Shown piece by piece: positions 48,255-60,030 of a DNA stretch of 64,000 nt; the stretch's first letter is position 1, and each line of letters opens with the position of its first letter. The notes under the pieces are model-generated. The model was given only the letters and a program-made list of their open reading frames with translations, did not search any database and was not told where the DNA came from. Both the position numbers and the translations under genes were made by a program. This DNA comes from the human T2T-CHM13v2.0 reference genome, Homo sapiens. The stretch lies in assembly GCF_009914755.1 (NCBI RefSeq), contig NC_060925.1, one strand, 5' to 3'.

Positions 48255-48777
48255 TGTATTGGTCAGGGTTCTCCACAGAAACAGAACTAATAGGACACAG
48301 AGATAGGTAAATATATGAGAGGGAATTTATTAGCATAATTAACTCATGAGATTATGGAGGCTGAGGATAGACCACCTGCAAGCTGGAGACCCACAGAGAC
48401 TGGTAGAAGAGCTCAGTACAAGTCCAAAGGCCTCCAGACCAAGAAGCTGATGGTGTAACTCTCATGCCTGAGGCTGAAGAGCCTGGGAACCAGGGGGACC
48501 ACTGGTGCAAGTCTCAGCAGCTGAAGGTCAAAGAAGCTAGTTCTAATGTCCAAGGACAGGAGGAAAAGGGAGAGGTTTTCTGACTTTTTGTTCTATCTGG
48601 GCCCCCAGCTAACTGGATGGTGCTTGTCCACATGAGGATGGGTCTTCCCCACTCAGTTCACCAACTCACGCGTCAAATTCCTCTGGAAACTTATAGACAT
48701 GCCCAGAAGGAATGCTTTACCAGCCCTCTAATTATCCCATAACTCGGTAAAGTCAACACCTAAAATTAGCCATCACA
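48255..48777 (-). mobile_element. Solo ERVL LTR, MLT2B-like
   Basis: tgtattggtcagggttctccacagaaacagaactaatagga ... acacctaaaattagccatcaca. Confidence 0.88.
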
Positions 48778-49839
48778 ACCATGAAAACTGTATAAATGTG
48801 ACTGTATAACATCAAATAATGAGGAACTGCATATTGGATTGCTAAAATATCTATTCATATTTTATAACCAAAACCCAGTAAAAATGTGTTGCCTAAATGC
48901 TTATAGGCTAATAGAAATCAACCAAAGACTTAAATAGTTTAATATAAATAGCTTAAGAGTTAACAGTAATTGTTGCAGTTTTATTTTCAAAGTATTCAAC
49001 TTTTTTTATATATTTAATAGCCGGGGAAACTTCTCCCAAAAAGAAAGTATATATTTCCTCCTGAGAAAAAAGAAAAAGAAAGATGAATTATTCTGTGGGG
49101 AACTTATTTGCACTGACCTTTCCTCAGATATCATTAGTTCCCTGTAGGTATAAAATTGTGAAAAGAAACTTTTTCACTGTGGCTACTAGGCAATTCAATC
49201 CCAAAGTTAGTGTTCAGTTATAACAATTTTGTTCACCTGTATGTCCTGTATTTTTAATTTTTTTTTTCAAATTTTAACCTCCTATTCAATCTGTTTTCTT
49301 GTTCTATTTTTGCCTTTCACTTCTGTATCATCTGTATTTCAAATGTTTTCTCAAGTTCTTTTAAATTATTGTGGACTGGGATGTACACAAATTAATAACA
49401 AATAAAATACTAAGAGAATATGAAATAATTCTTATTCAGTTTCTCACAGTTTGTACTTTGGAAGCTAAATGATTTAAATTTACCTCCCCAAAAGGTGTTT
49501 TTATTCTGTCCAAATGACATGGAAAAAAATGGTTCTAGTTATTTGTGTTTTTTTCTCCCTAAAATTTCCCCTGTTCCAGGGAGTGTATATCATAAAGTGG
49601 ACCTAGTCCTGCTCCTGGAAGATAACAAGGCAGGACGAGTTAGAGGCTTCCATTTTGCTTTGATTTTTTTTTTCCTTTGAACAGTTAAGAAAAAAACCTT
49701 CAGAAGTAGAATGCATATAGTCTAGTGCTTGGCATATTCCAAACACTAGGAAAATATTTGTTTGGTGAATACACTAATTAATTATCAAATTAACAGCTGA
49801 ATGAATATTGTCTCCCTTGATAAATATAGCATGTTCTGG

Positions 49840-50127
49840 TAGGTACAAAGGGTACAAAGTTTTGGTTACACAGGATAAATAAGTCCTGGAAACCTATTGT
49901 ACAACATATTGACTACAGTTAATAACATATTGCACACGTGAAAGTTGCTAAGAGATTAGATCTCAAATGTTCTCACCACAAAAAAATGTTAAGTATGTGA
50001 AGTGATGGATATGTTAATTAGCTTCATTTAATCTTTTCACAATGTATACATTTATCAAAACATCATGTTGTACACCATAAATGTAAACAATCTTTGTCAA
50101 ATATGCCTTAATAAAGCTGGGAGAAAA
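49840..50127 (+). mobile_element. L1MA8-10-like 3' end
   Basis: ttgctaagagattagatctcaaatgttctcaccacaaaaaa...ccttaataaagctgggagaaaa. Confidence 0.85.
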
Positions 50128-50489
50128 CTTTAAGTGTATTCTGATTTGGGTGATATAAGAAGGTAAATGGATTGTAAACTACATCTTGAACGTAAGTGAA
50201 ATTTTATTAGGAACCTATGGAGAAGAGGCATATAAAAGGCACGGCCTAAGCAAAGGTGCAGAGGTAGGAAAACTCAGGAATTGTTGAAGCCCCCAGAGCT
50301 GATTTTTGGCCAATTTACACCAGTACTTCTATGCCGGTTGATGAATAGATGATGCCCCAAACTTCTCAAGGGTCCCCACCACCAACCTGGCTGCTCATAC
50401 CACTGCCCAACAAGTTTCCACCTCCCAGTCACCGTGACACCCAGCAACTACAGGGCTCACGTGTAGCAGACAGAAGCCTCCAAATCATG

Positions 50490-50700
50490 GCCAGTATTCA
50501 TTTATAAAAATGTACTGAGCACCAAGCATGTGCCCAGTACTTTTCTAAGTGCTAGGGATATAGCAGTAAAGGGAACAGACAAAACAGAGGAGAAAAAACT
50601 GTTTTCCCTGTGGAGTTTAGAATATAGCAGATAATGAACAAGATAAAAATAAAATATGTAGATATTAGTGTTACACGCAAAGGATAAAGCATAAATAAGT
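50490..50700 (-). mobile_element. L2a 3' end (left part of a split L2)
   Basis: attcatttataaaaatgtactgagcaccaagcatgtgcccagtacttttctaagtgctagggatatagcagt. Confidence 0.75.
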
Positions 50701-50707
50701 AACTGCA

Positions 50708-51420
50708 GTGGTACCTGAAAATGAAATGTGGCAATGGTAGCGAGATTTCAGAGAAGTGGCACTACATCCAACTGATGGACAGTGTGGCACTAAAGTGGGG
50801 CCATGGCAGCTCCTTCATGGTCCAGAAGTGCAAGCTGTGCACACAGGAAATTCCACTGAGATTTTGAGTGGCAGCATCAAATCTTACAATGCCAAAGACA
50901 GAGAGAAGTTCAAAACTATAATAGAGTTTGAGTGCCAGGGCTTCAAACCATTTGATTTCCAGCCCTAGGCTGGGTTTTTTGCTGAGGGCACGAAGTCAAA
51001 GACAGTCTTTGGTGACATTCTGCAGGAGAAAGACTGGACTGACTATGACAAAAAGTCCAGGGAGTCTGTGGGAATCTCTGAGGTCATGCAGCAGTTTTTG
51101 AAGTGCTGAGCCCTCTCCCTGTACACTTGCCTCTAAGAACAAAGAAGGGACAAAATGCCCCAAGCAGCAGAGCCCACTGAGGCTGGTACTCTCATCCCTG
51201 TCTCCTGGCAGCTGCACCAGGCCCTCACAATCTGCATGCTGGGCTCAGTCGCAGCCTCCCAAGCCCCATCAATAAAGCCCCTATTAATGCACCACCAGTA
51301 TATGAAGGTAGGTCAGGTGGCAGCCACTCCTCCCACAAATAAGAATTCACATGGAGATTTTTTGACTGCTTCCTGGCATCTTCCCACAGTTTAAAATCCT
51401 GTGCCTGATATTTGCAAAAT
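50708..51420 (+). pseudogene. CZIB: 5'-truncated processed pseudogene of CZIB (C1orf123, DUF866 CXXC zinc-binding protein), CDS remnant plus 3'UTR
   Basis: Intronless translation from 50709: WYLKMKCGNGSEISEKWHYIQLMDSVALKWGHGSSFMVQKCKLCTQE/NSTEILSGSIKSYNAKDREKFKTIIEFECQGFKPFDFQP*AGFFAEGTKSKTVFGDI-LQEKDWTDYDKKSRESVGISEVMQQFLKC* (TGA 51107-51109). This matches CZIB from about residue 27 to the C-terminus. Defects: 1-nt frameshift at ~50848, TAG at 50966-50968, first CXXC broken. AATAAA at 51271. The 3' limit is approximate. Confidence 0.93.
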
Positions 51421-51639
51421 ATGCAGGAGCACACAGCTTCTTAGGGCTCTCCAGAGCCCTTTTTGGGGAATCCGGCAGGTCAGCCCGAAGGACCAAAGTT
51501 GTCAAGCCCGATGGCACAAGGACAACTGAGCCACAAAATGAGGCCATGAGCCCAATAATCTTGAGCCAAGATACTTTGAAGACTAGCTTGGCTTGCAGGT
51601 AAACCCAGGCATTCCTGCTAGCTGGTGTCACTTCAGATT

Positions 51640-51855
51640 CCAGAGCTAAAAGGGATTTTACAGCTCTCCTCCTGATATGAATCTGCTCCACAAAATTCTT
51701 GCCAGATGGTCATCTGGTGTCTGCTCTTTTGCTGTAATGGGTGCTCCCCTCCCCTCAAAGGAGCCAGTATGTAAATTCTTCCTAATGCTAAGTCAATCTC
51801 TATGCTCCATACAGCTCCTCCTGCTGTTCTTCGTTTGTTCCCCTGCAGGAACACT
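51640..51855 (-). mobile_element. L3/CR1 3' relic
   Basis: atggtcatctggtgtctgct...atgggtgctcccctcccctcaaaggagcc...aaattcttcctaatgctaagtcaatctc resembles the reverse L3 3' end. Confidence 0.5.
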
Positions 51856-51888
51856 TGGACATCCCTGTGGAGATGTGAAGGCAGCAGC

Positions 51889-52329
51889 TGTCATGGGTTA
51901 AATTGTGTCCCTCCCAAAATTCATATGTTGCAGTCCTAACCCCCAGTACCTCAGAATGTGACCTTATTTGAAAACTTGGTGGTTGCAGATGTAACTAGTT
52001 AAAATGAGGTCATACTACAGTGGAGTGAGTCCCTAATCCAATATGACTCATGGCCTTATGAAAAGGAGATATTTGGAAACACATACACAGGGAGAATGCC
52101 ATGTGAAGATGAAGGCAGAGATGGGTGACGCTTCTACAAGCTGAAGAATGCCAAAGGTTACCAGCAAACCACCAGAAGCTAGATTCTTCCTCAGCCCTCA
52201 GAAGGAATCAACTTGCCAACACCCTGACCTTACATTTCTAGCCCCCTAAAGCATGAGACAATAAATTTCTGTTGTTTAAGCCACCCAGTTTGTGGTACAT
52301 TTGTGCAGCAGCCTCAGCACACTAACACG
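51889..52329 (+). mobile_element. Solo MaLR LTR, MLT1C-like
   Basis: tgtcatgggttaaattgtgtccctcccaaaattcatatgttg...aataaatttctgttgtttaagccacccagtttgtggtac; near-TSD gcagc/acagc. Confidence 0.88.
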
Positions 52330-52581
52330 ACAGCCAAGCCCTCTACGTGCCACGGGCCAGGTTTCTCGGTCTAAAGACCCCTCCTCCCGCCCCCCAGCAG
52401 ATGGTGGACAGGGCTATTAGTACATGGCCAAGTCATCAGAAGGTGATCGTGCCTTTACACCAGCAAATCCACCAATTGGAATATCTATTACAAAGGACCT
52501 TATTTCTCCAATATCCTGCTGGCGCCTAGAATTCTTTTGGAATTAAAAATTAGTTATCTTTAAGGAAAAAAAGTACCTGCA

Positions 52582-53730
52582 TAAGAGAAAGGGGCTATGA
52601 AGGACTGTGTAAGGTAATGAAATTTTAGAGTGGCCAGGGAAGACCTCAATGGGGCCACTTTTAGTAAAAATCTGAGGTTGTTGAAGGATCTCCCCTGTGA
52701 ATATCTGAGAAAAGAACATTCCAGGCAGCAGAAACAGAACATACAAAGGTCCCGAGGCAGAAATATGCCTGCCCTATCAGAGGAATAGTGAGGAGGCCAG
52801 TGCAGCTGGAGTAGGATGAACAACATGGCAACTAGAAAGGAGATGATTTTTGAGAGGTAACTGGGTCAGATCATTAAAGTCAAGGACACCAGCTTCTACT
52901 CTGAGTTGGGAGCCATTGGTGAGTTTTGAGCCAAGAAGAGACAAGACCTGACTTACATCAGACCATTCTGGCTATGTGGTGTGGGTGTTAGGAAGGACAA
53001 AAGCAGGATCTCAATGGCAGCCAGAAAGCCATTTTAGTAATCCAAGGTGAGTGATGATGGTGGTTTGGGGTAGGATGGGAGCAATGAATGTCGTGACAAG
53101 TGGTCAAATTCTGGATACATTTCAAAGAATTGGTAGGATTGATTTAATTCAATACAGGAGAGAAAGGCAGGAGTCAATGATGACACCAACATTTTGGACT
53201 GAGCAGCTAAAAATTTAAGAGGACATTAACTAGCAAGAAATTTTCAGGAAGAACAGGCTTGCGGGAAAATATCAGGAGCTCAGCTTTGAACATGGTAAGC
53301 TTGAGGGGCCTATTAGACATCTTAGGGGAGATGTCAGGTAGGCAGCTGGAAACAAGGACCCCCAGTTTCAGGGGGAAATTCCACAAAGAGATATCAATTG
53401 GGGTGTCATTGGTATACAGACACTATAGAAAGCCATTGATCTGAGCAGAATTGCCCTTGAGTAGACACATTAGATTAAAAAGAAAAGAGGACTCAGCCTT
53501 CAGGCATCTCTAGTTTTTAGGTTTTGAAAAGATGAGGAAGAACCAGCAAAGAGACTGAAAAGGAGTATCCAGTAAAGGAAAGCAAACATCTAGCGAGTGC
53601 AGCATCCGGGCCATTAAGTGGAGTGTTTCAAAGAGAGCGATAACATGTCAAATAAAGACTGAGGAATGAGATGACCATGGGGGTTTAGCCCAGGAAGATT
53701 CCTGGTGACCATGATAGGAGCAGACTTTTA
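52582..53730 (-). mobile_element. L2a (right part of the split L2)
   Basis: gtggccagggaagacctc...aagaacattccaggcagcagaaacag...ggagccattggtgagttttgagc...gtggtcaaattctggatacattt. Confidence 0.85.
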
Positions 53731-55062
53731 CGTATATTAGAACTTTACTTCCAACTTTGTTCATTGTCTTTTAAAGACAATAAAATAATGATCCATTCTG
53801 CATTTCCCACACTGATGTCAGGTAGCAGTGCCATGACCCTACATTATCAGTGGGCTCAAGATCACACAAGTTTTGAAGAGGCTAAACCAGACTCAGGACT
53901 CTGTGAGTCATGGCGGTCTTTTCTCTCCCCTCATGCACTCTGTGGACATTTAAGATTACAGGATGTTTCTCCAGTTGTCTTCTATCCTTCAAGAGGTCAC
54001 TATCTCACAAGAATAAATTTAAGTCTTTCCACATTATTAATTTGCATTATAGGACCCATAGGATAACAAATTCTGTTAATTCGTTGTCCCCATTCTACTG
54101 TGATCTACCCTCCTTACCTCTGTCTACCCCTTCCAGTCTGGGAGCGAAGCCTCCAATATGGACTGCCAGCATTGTTTAACAAGTTCATGATGCAATTACA
54201 CAGTCGTCATATTCTAATTCATGCCACGCCCACACAGCTATGGTGCTTTCTTCTGGTGTAGATGCAGAATTATTTTGTACATGCTTCAAATAAAATTTTC
54301 TGTACTGTTTCTATCCTCATGATGCAAGACCCTATTGTGCTTCTTAGATTGTAACTCCAATACAAAAATAAGATAATAGCCTAGATTATTTTGCCCTAAA
54401 TGCATTAAAGAAATAACACAATGCATGGAACATCTACATTAATAGGTTGCAAATAAAAAATGATCTTACCCCAAATTTAAATTTTACCCCAACCCCAAGT
54501 TGATCTACATCTTTGGAAGTGTTAATCAAAAACCTTCCAGTTGGAAGTGTTAGGAACCAATTCAAACTAGCTAAAGCAAAAAAGGTAATTTCTTGGCTCA
54601 TATAATGAAAAGTCTAGAACATATAATGAAAACTCTGGAACTGATGGAAAAACAGTGAATGGAACTAGCATTGCTAAGTATCTTATTTAATTTTTACAAC
54701 TTTGTGGTAGCTAATGCTGTTCTCGTTCTACAAATGAGAAAACTGACGTTTGGAGATATTCAGTAACTTACCAACAACCTCCTAACTAATGAGAAACAAT
54801 GTCAGTTGTGGAACCCAGCACTTCTGGCTCTAAAGTCCAAGTTAGTTTCCCTCACCATGAGGCTCAGCACTGCTGCCACTGAGAGATGGTAATTAAATGG
54901 GGTGATATTGAATATAGTAAACATTGATTGCAGGTGACACACGAAAGGTATTAAGCTGTTTGTGAGTTGAGGGCATTATACTTTCCTTGATATCCGTCAC
55001 ATTCTAAACCATACCTGCAGCCACTACCCTGGTCCAAAAAGAATTTTTTTTAACTCCTTTGA

Positions 55063-55488
<426 letters not shown>

Positions 55489-57049
55489 CACATAATCTCC
55501 CTTTGATGTCTAAAAAATATGTCCACTTTGATTCATAATAGAATCATGTATATAGAAAATACAAAATTAGTCTTTCAATTAAAATTGCCTTTCATTTTTA
55601 TCCAGCTTTCTGGAAACCTTTTTTAAGGTGTAAATGCAGATGTGCATGTAACACAAAAAATGTTGTTCCATTCAAAGATGCAGATCCTTCTTGCTTTGCT
55701 TCTCTGCTTAGATGCTTTGAAAACATGCAGTCTATCTCAATGCTTTGAACTCTTTCTTGGAATTAAATAATTTCCATGGAAACTGGGGCTAAAGAGAACA
55801 CTTGACAGCTCATTAAATAATATGCCACTTAAACAAGACTTTTTAAATTTCCCTTGTTAGATAATCAATGACTACCAGTATTTATATTCCTTAATGATGT
55901 AACTTCTCGACAAGCCTGGAAAATGATGTCTGATTAATCCACAGAGGTTCCTTCTGATATAGAATGCAAAATGTATGCTTAAAAAGAGATCCCTTGCAGC
56001 ACAGATGAGGCAGAAAAGGAATCCAAATGTTTCCAAAGCAACTCAGCCTTTTAGCCACAAAGGAAAATCCTGTACTGAGATTCCAGAATTTTTCTTTGTC
56101 TTGGTAATTTTCCAGCATGTTTTTACTCTTCCAAATGCCACATCAGAACCACAGATGGCAGCATGATTTAAGCAGGTTTGAGCTTCTTTGCTTTTTAATC
56201 CAAATCCTAAATTAGATGGAAGTTGATACTAATCTCCGAGCTTCCCTCACCCCTGTCTGCTCCTTCCTGCTCCTGGTTGTTTTCATCTCATTGAGCTTTC
56301 AATTGCTTGACCCTATTTTTATTTTTTACCAGCACAATAAAAGCACCAGAGTCTTAGTATTATCAATACCATTTCCCAGCATCTCAAGTGCTTTCTTTCT
56401 TGTTTCAATTTGTATTTTCAAATCTAAACTAATTGAGGTTATCAGAGGAATGCTGGGTAGCTGGTTTTGCCCATTTGCAAAGGTAGATGTAATGTTCATG
56501 GTAGGACTGAGCTTGAGGTTTAAAAATAAAATATTATACTTTAGGCTGTTTCTGCATCATGCAAAATATTCCTCCAATATCTAAACATTTGGCCTAGAAT
56601 TTTTTTTCATTTTTCACTTTTTATCCAGAGGCTAGATTTGGTTTTGAGGTGAACTTGAACCTTGAAATGACAAATGGCATATACATTTCATATATTAAGA
56701 TTTGAAGATGTTAAATTTCAACCGCTATGGAAATATTAATTCCTACCAAGATATGAATATCATACATTATTTTAAACGGTTAACTTAGTTTTATAAATCA
56801 ATTTTAAAAATTGTGAATGTCTACAATGTGAAATTGTTCTGAGAATTTGGGGAATACAAAGATGAGCATAAATGGATCTGCATTCAAGTTACTGTGTATA
56901 TCACTCTGTTTAACTGGTTGGCCCAAACCGAATTTTTTTTATAGTACAGGCTACTTTGTTGTACAAAGATCTCTGCTGCAATGCCATTAATTCAACTTGT
57001 GTTTTGTTTGCATGCTATACCATATGATTATGGGCTTGGTTTAATAAAT

Positions 57050-57240
57050 TAGCTCATTCAACATATATGAGCACCTACTAAGTGCCAGGCACTGTACAAG
57101 GCACTGGGGATAGAAAGTTATCTCCTTACTCTTGAGATGTATACAGTGTAGACAAGGCCATCCAAATAAATCCATAAGTATAACACAGTATGGAATGGGC
57201 CATGGAAGCTTGCACACGGTGTCCTGGGGCCACTGCGGGG
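57050..57240 (-). mobile_element. L2 3' end
   Basis: cattcaacatatatgagcacctactaagtgccaggcactgtacaaggcactggggata. Confidence 0.7.
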
Positions 57241-57369
57241 AGGGGGGGGCCCTGCACTTATATTTTTATATCTCTCTCTCCTTATGTTCCAAAGTTCAGA
57301 CCTCCTTCTGACCCATTTCTCTCTAACACAGATCTCTTAGTACTGTAAAAAACTAGCCCTTGGAAGAAG

Positions 57370-57570
57370 CACATAATCAGACAGACTTCTAAATCTGGCT
57401 CCAGCATTGACAAGCTGTGTGTCCTTGAGCAAATCATTTTTAAGTTCTCTGAGTGTGTAATTTCTCCCTCCAGCACGTGGAAATGTTGATAATGCTGCAT
57501 ACACTTGAAATAGGAGTGAAGGGAGATACGTAAAATGCCTAGCAAAGTGCCTGAGCATAATAAATGTGAT
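57370..57570 (+). mobile_element. MIR SINE
   Basis: aagctgtgtgtccttgagcaaatcatttttaagttctctgagt...gtaaaatgcctagcaaagtgcctg. Confidence 0.7.
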
Positions 57571-59299
57571 TACTGTCCTACATACAGCTAGTTTAAATTA
57601 TCTTGCTGGTCATATCTCATCTCTGGCCCTGGTAATGAGCCTGACTTATCATGGTAACAGCTAACACTTATTGAGTATTTACAGTGAACCAACCATTCTG
57701 GACGTATTGTCTCAGTCCATCCTCACAACCACCCACTGAGTAGATATACCCAGCCAAGTTATCTAACCTTATGGCTCCCATTGTGACCACCACATTGTTC
57801 ATCCAGAACATTCCTGACAATAATTATGAAGCAGTCTAGTCTCTCCATCACTTTCTGGATCACAAAGCTTGTTACACATTTGCATCCTGACAGATCTGAA
57901 CTGCCGCATGACTGAACTTTACTACCCATTACCCCCAACTTAAGGCCTTTTGCTCCATTGGTGTTATATTGGAAAGAAGAGTTGCCAGGCACAAGGCCAC
58001 AAAGAAGACCATACTGCTGGGAACAATACACTTCCTTCTCTACACTCTTTTCTTGTTTCCATTTCAAACTGTCCCACTGGCCAAATGCTTCCCAACTGTT
58101 GCAACCAGCCTTGCAATCAGACCATGACAAAATGCTGCTGGCTGGGATAGGCACATAGAACCCCTTAACTCCTTTCTGTCTGCTATTTGAAGTTTATACT
58201 TACCACCTCAGAAGAAGAAAACTTGCCTTTTAATTATACTATAAGGTAGAGTAAGATAAGCATCATTAAGAAAAGTACAAAATGCTTCAAGAGCACAGAT
58301 CTCACAGGCTCTCAAGGCACCCACACATGCCTTCTCTCAATGTCTTTCCTTAGCCATTTGACAAGGAGTTTTAGCAAAGAGACCCTGATAAACTGCCAAT
58401 AATCTCTTATTTGTTATCCACCTGTTTTGCTCACTGAAGCAGCTAGTCTATTCCCATTTCCCTTTCCTTTGGGGAAAAGCTGTAGTTTGATAAATGCTAA
58501 GCCTCTACCATGATCCTGTGCATGAAGGAAATAAAAGGCTGGCTAGAAATTGCCTGGATTCTTCAATCTGGGTCAAGCTTTGTGATAAAGCTTATGCCAT
58601 AAGCCAAATGGCTATTTTTGTAATGATAATTCTTGGAAGGTAGAGGGCAGGGAGGCAGGGAGGTGGCAAACTCAGCAACTAGTCATGATCGTTACAATTC
58701 AAAGATGTAAAGACCTTTCTGACCAACACATTTATCCATTCAGTTCACAGTTCCAGGTGGAGGATGTGCTTGGAGGGGTCGACACTTGAGGAGTTGTGCA
58801 GACCTAGCTATCTTCATGGTAGCTTGATGGGACATCTATTGTTTATGTCAATAATTTATGAACCCAGTGTATTTGAAACTAAGGGAGAACTTCATATCTT
58901 ATCAGTTGATATCCTCCAGTTTCAGAGTGTTGTGTTAGCCAGTTCAGAATGTGTCTACCATCAGCTTCTTGTTTTCATCTGGAAATCAGAAGAAATTTTA
59001 TTTATGTCAACATTTACCTTTGGCCAGTTTCTAGGTCAAAGTTGTTAACTTTGTCAAAAATACCAGTTCATGTCCATTTTAATTCCTTTTTAAAATGTCT
59101 TTTTAATATATCTAATGAAATAAAATCATCCACCTTTAAATTATTAGTATCACAGTATTCATTACAAGTACCTTTAGTATAAAAATGAATTATTATTATG
59201 TCCAATAGTATAGATCTTACAACATGCATGTAAAAGCTTAAATATCTCCCAAGCAGATCAAGCTCATTGTGGTCCAAACCAAACCCAAAATATGTTTTT

Positions 59300-60030
59300 C
59301 AACTAGTTTTTCTTGATCCATAATTTCGTTTCGTCTATCTTATTTCTTACGCTAGAGGTTTATAAATCGTCCTCACTTTTCCCTCTCTATCTCACATTCC
59401 TCACCACAACATTAGTCATCAGGGTCCACTGATGCAATTGTCCAAAATCTCTTCATTATAAACTTCTCACCATCCTTCCTGCCACAAGCTTGTTCAGTTA
59501 AAATCATAAGACCTACTAGCTGGTCCTCCCAATCCTCTTTGTCACTTGTCTAATTTATTCTCTAACCTGCAAGCAAAGTTAATCTTAGGAAATCTCAAAT
59601 CTTTTATTTCACTCCCTACTTAAAATTCTTTTATGGTTTTCTCCATCACTTATGATCATTGTTTAATGTGAGCTGGTAGGCCCGGCGTGACCTGAACCCT
59701 GTCTCCTCTTTGCCTCTGCACCAGCCATTTATCCCCTCACTTTCATGTCTTTGGCCACACTGATTGGCCTAAGCTCTTATCCACCTCAGGACATTTCCAC
59801 ACATTGTTCATTGCCTGGATCACCCTTTAATTTTAACTAAGCTAACTAACTTTAATTTATCCTATAGATAACAGCTAAAATGTTATTCATTCAGGGAATA
59901 ATTTCCTCCCCATCCATCCTAACCATAAATATACTTTTAATTAGGCCCCACAGCTCTGCTTCCAAAGTATCCACAATTATTCCTTCATAGGTCAATTCAC
60001 AATGGTAATAACTTGTTTAATATTTGTGTT
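59300..60030 (+). mobile_element. L2 relic
   Basis: cactccctacttaaaattcttttatggttttctccatcactt...cacctcaggacatttccacacattgttcattgcctgga. Confidence 0.65.

Noticed and set aside
51347-51901. Retrocopy tail as antisense CPT2 last exon or a second coding pseudogene
   Set aside because: The frames I translated show no CPT2 C-terminal motifs or other protein I recognise, and part of it looks like L3.
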